The position numbers were made by a program, and so were the translations under genes. Positions 61,196-64,000 of a stretch of 64,000 bases of DNA are shown piece by piece; positions within the stretch are counted from its first letter, which is position 1, and each line of letters starts with the position of its first letter. Under the pieces are notes generated by a model that saw nothing but the letters and a program-made list of their open reading frames with translations, did no database searches and was not told the DNA's origin. Where the stretch lies: the NCBI GenBank assembly GCA_001179505.1, contig CDMY01000268.1, positions 1 to 64,000 of the forward strand, in the 5' to 3' direction. The DNA is from Vitrella brassicaformis CCMP3155. Its lineage: Eukaryota > Protista > Chromerida.

Positions 61196-62654
61196 ATGGC
61201 TGCCGCGCGTGGTTGTGGTGACGAGCAGCATCTGTCGTGTGAGATCTGCACGATTGCTTACACGAGCACTGGACGGCGGACGCCTCAAGTGCTCAGATGC
61301 GGTGAGGGCAGCAAGCAGTGGGAGGGGAGAAGGGGCAAGCAGACGTGGGCTGTCTGTCTGTCTGTCTGTCTGACTGTCAGGTCACTCGTATTGCGCAGAC
61401 GTAAGAAAGGCCGCTGCTGCTGTGACCTCATCTGAGCAGATCTGCCTTGTTGTGTGTTTTGTGCAGTGCGTCCGTGATCTCCAAAGACGTGCAGCCAACA
61501 ACACCATCAGCTGCCCAAACAGATGCGGGTAAGCGAGAGCCGACACGCCCGATGCACGCACCAGTGCTCATGTCGGACCTGGCAGGGTGACGACGCCAGC
61601 CGATGTGGATGTGCCGAAGAACTATCCCCTGGCGGCCGCAATCGAGGCGAAAGAGGCGCAAGGTACAAGGTCAAATAGACACTCACGCGTATGCTGCATC
61701 ATGTGGCGCTTTTCGATGTGTCCAGAGCGTCACCGTATGGCTACTCTATACAAGTGCGCCACCGCGGCCTATTCGCTGAGCCTGGCAGAGGTCACAACGG
61801 TCATCGAGGCGTGTCGTCTGGAGAATGAGGTTGACATGGAAGCGGGGCTGCCGGCGCGCGCTCGCGACTTCACACACTCATGACGGTGGGATGGCAAGTA
61901 GAGATAAGGACCGGCCCCATCTCGTGTGACAATCGGCTCGTCCTGCGATGTGGACGCATTGTTTGGTGCTGTTTGGTCTGTGTGGCTGCAGGCGCCGATT
62001 GAGAGCAGTACGTTGAATCGAATGCAGGGCATATTCATCAACAAGTGGGTCGGAGGCCACACCACATCTCTGCGGTCCCTCTACCGGTGAGCTAAACAAT
62101 GTGCACTGAGGCAGCTTTATAGATTCATCTCTCTCTCTCTCTCTGTGTGTATGTGTGTGTGCTGATATCTCAGGTCGTCGCGCGACGGGCCGTCATATGG
62201 CGATCTGCTGCGTTGTGTGGGCGACACGAGTGGCCTGGTGTTCGTCATCCGCAAGGACACGTACGTCTTCGGCGCCTTCATCCGTGCCGCCCTCGAGCTG
62301 CCACATTACCCAAGAGGCATGAACGAGTACGAGTGCGATGTGTGGTATTTCTCGCTGGCCGGTCACTTCGACACACCGACCAAGATGGAAGGCAGCCGGA
62401 TGGTGGGGGTGGCGGGGCGGGAGGGGACAGTGTATGGGGTGGCGAAGCTGGGGATCGGTAGGCGGTTCGATAGGTGGCTGTGGTTGGGCTATGAGGGCGG
62501 CGCTGCTGATGATATGCGCCGCTGCCGTCATGGCGTCCCCAGCGATGATGTGCCTGGGGTCTATGTGGGTGTGAGGGATGAATATGACCGTGCTCTGTTT
62601 GGGTGCAGCATTGACTTCATGGCCGACGAGGTGGAGGTGCTCACTGCGGTGTGA
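61196..62654 (+). CDS. RING-TLDc with a 1-bp deletion giving TGA at 61881-83 unless an upstream donor is used
   Basis: CEICTIAY..LRC/GHSYCAD/CVRD..CPNRCG RING intact. The exon ends 38 nt after the LP codon vs 39 in the paralogue. TLDc exon 62173-62654 is intact. Confidence 0.7.
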
Positions 62655-63346
62655 GAGTGAGGCAGAGGTCAGATTGACTGAGTGGTGCATCTGGTTTCTG
62701 GACGTCGCATGCTTTGATGGCTGTCTGCATATGTATGTACTCGGCTTTTCTTCAGCTTTATGACGCCTCGCTGTTTTTGGCCGTGGCGTGGCTGTCTGTC
62801 TGTCTGTCCGTCTGTCTGTCTGTCTTCAGAGGGAGAGACCACATTGATGACAGCTGCACGGTGCTTTTCTCATCATGGCACGCTTTGATGGCAAGTGAGT
62901 ATATGTATGTCGCCTTTATCCATCTGTGTGAGTCGTTTCTGGCCCCTCGTGTTTGTTTTGTTTGTCCGTGATGTCTATCTGTATGTGTATGCCATTTTTG
63001 GATGACTGTATGTTTGCGTGCATGTGCGTTCTATCATGGGAGGCGGGCGTCCGATCCCGTCCGATGCATATATATATATATATATCTCCTTTGAAGTATT
63101 GCGCGTGCGGTCGGTGTGCGTGTCAATGATCAATGTGCGATTGCGTGCTGTCGGCTTTTTATGATCAGACGACGAAGGATCATGTCTGTCTATCACGTGC
63201 GTGTCCGCATACCCCCGACAAAGCGACGATGGGCGGGTGCGGGATAACAGCTAGTCACTGCTTCCCCTGCCCCTGATTTATGAGTTCAATCTCGGAACCG
63301 ATTCCATCTTAGCTCGCAGGTTTCCCCCAAGAATTCTCCTTTTGCG

Positions 63347-64000
63347 ATGATGGCGCGTGGTGGTGGTGACGAGCAGCATCTGTCGTGTGAGATCTGCACG
63401 AATGCCTATACGAGCACCGGACTTCGGACTCCTCAAGTGCTCAGATGCGGTGAGGAGAGCAAGCAGTGGGACGGGAGAAGGGGCAAGCAGATGTGTGCTG
63501 TTGTCTGTCTGACTGTCTGACTGTCAGGTCACTCGTATTGCGCAGACGTAAGAAAGTTCGCTGCTGCTGTGACCTCATCTGAGCAGATCTGCCTTGTTTG
63601 TGTGTTTTGTGCAGTGCGTCAGAGATCTCCAAAGGCGTGCAGCCAACAACACCATCAGCTGCCCAAACAGATGCGGGTGAGGGGGGACCGACACGCTCGA
63701 TGCACGCACCGGTGAGCGCATGATGGGTTTGGGTGTTTTTCAATGTCCCTCAGGGTGATGACGCCCGCCGATGTGGATGTCCCAAAATGCTACCCCCTGG
63801 TGGCTGCAGTTGAGGCGAAAGAGCAGCAGGGTCCGCAAAGACCGCAAGTACACGCCCGCGTATGATGCAGGATGTGGCGTCTTCCGGTGTGTTCAGATCG
63901 TGATCGCATGGCTGTTTTGCTCAAGTGCTCCACTGCCGCCTATTCCCTGACTCGAGCGGAGACCCAGGTGGTCATCGAAACGTGTCAGCTGGCGAATGAG
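63347..64000 (+). CDS. RING-TLDc family gene, 5' part (runs off window)
   Basis: MMARGGGDEQHLSCEICTNAY..LRC/GHSYCAD/CVRDLQRRAANNTISCPNRCG/VMTPADVDVPKCYPL../DRDRMAVLLKC.., in frame to the window end. TLDc is inferred from paralogues. Confidence 0.75.

Noticed and set aside
387-63743. Most ORFs in the supplied track (C/V- or H/T-rich, and antisense to real exons)
   Set aside because: They are translations of intronic (CA)n/(GT)n/(GA)n microsatellites or shadows of GC-rich exons.

Overview
Eukaryotic, intron-dense, GC-rich DNA with short (~60-100 nt) introns full of CA/GA/GT microsatellites and nine ~300-N scaffold gaps. The style is consistent with a chromerid alveolate such as Vitrella (inference). 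All gene models were built by eye from GT/GC-AG boundaries and phase continuity, and family calls rest on remembered motifs, not searches. Main contents: (1) an 8-TM microbial-rhodopsin-like gene with a retinal-binding DxxxK lysine fused to a coiled coil and PAS/PAC modules (26097-32504, -), head-to-head with a putative plastid-targeted DOT1-like methyltransferase; (2) a TLDc cluster made of three CENP-B/pogo-type HTH-TLDc-TLDc fusion genes and four RING-TLDc genes, three of which carry frameshift or nonsense lesions, plus a stand-alone IFI44-like P-loop GTPase and two zinc-finger genes duplicated together with their HTH-TLDc partner; (3) a non-autonomous LTR retroelement with a tRNA-Gly-like PBS in an intron of a vacuolar-sorting-receptor-like gene; (4) an 8.6-kb split-direct-repeat (PAT/Ngaro/TOC1-like) element whose junctions fit tyrosine-recombinase integration at an ATA core; (5) a DnaJ gene and three secreted orphan proteins, one with a peptide-precursor-like repeat.
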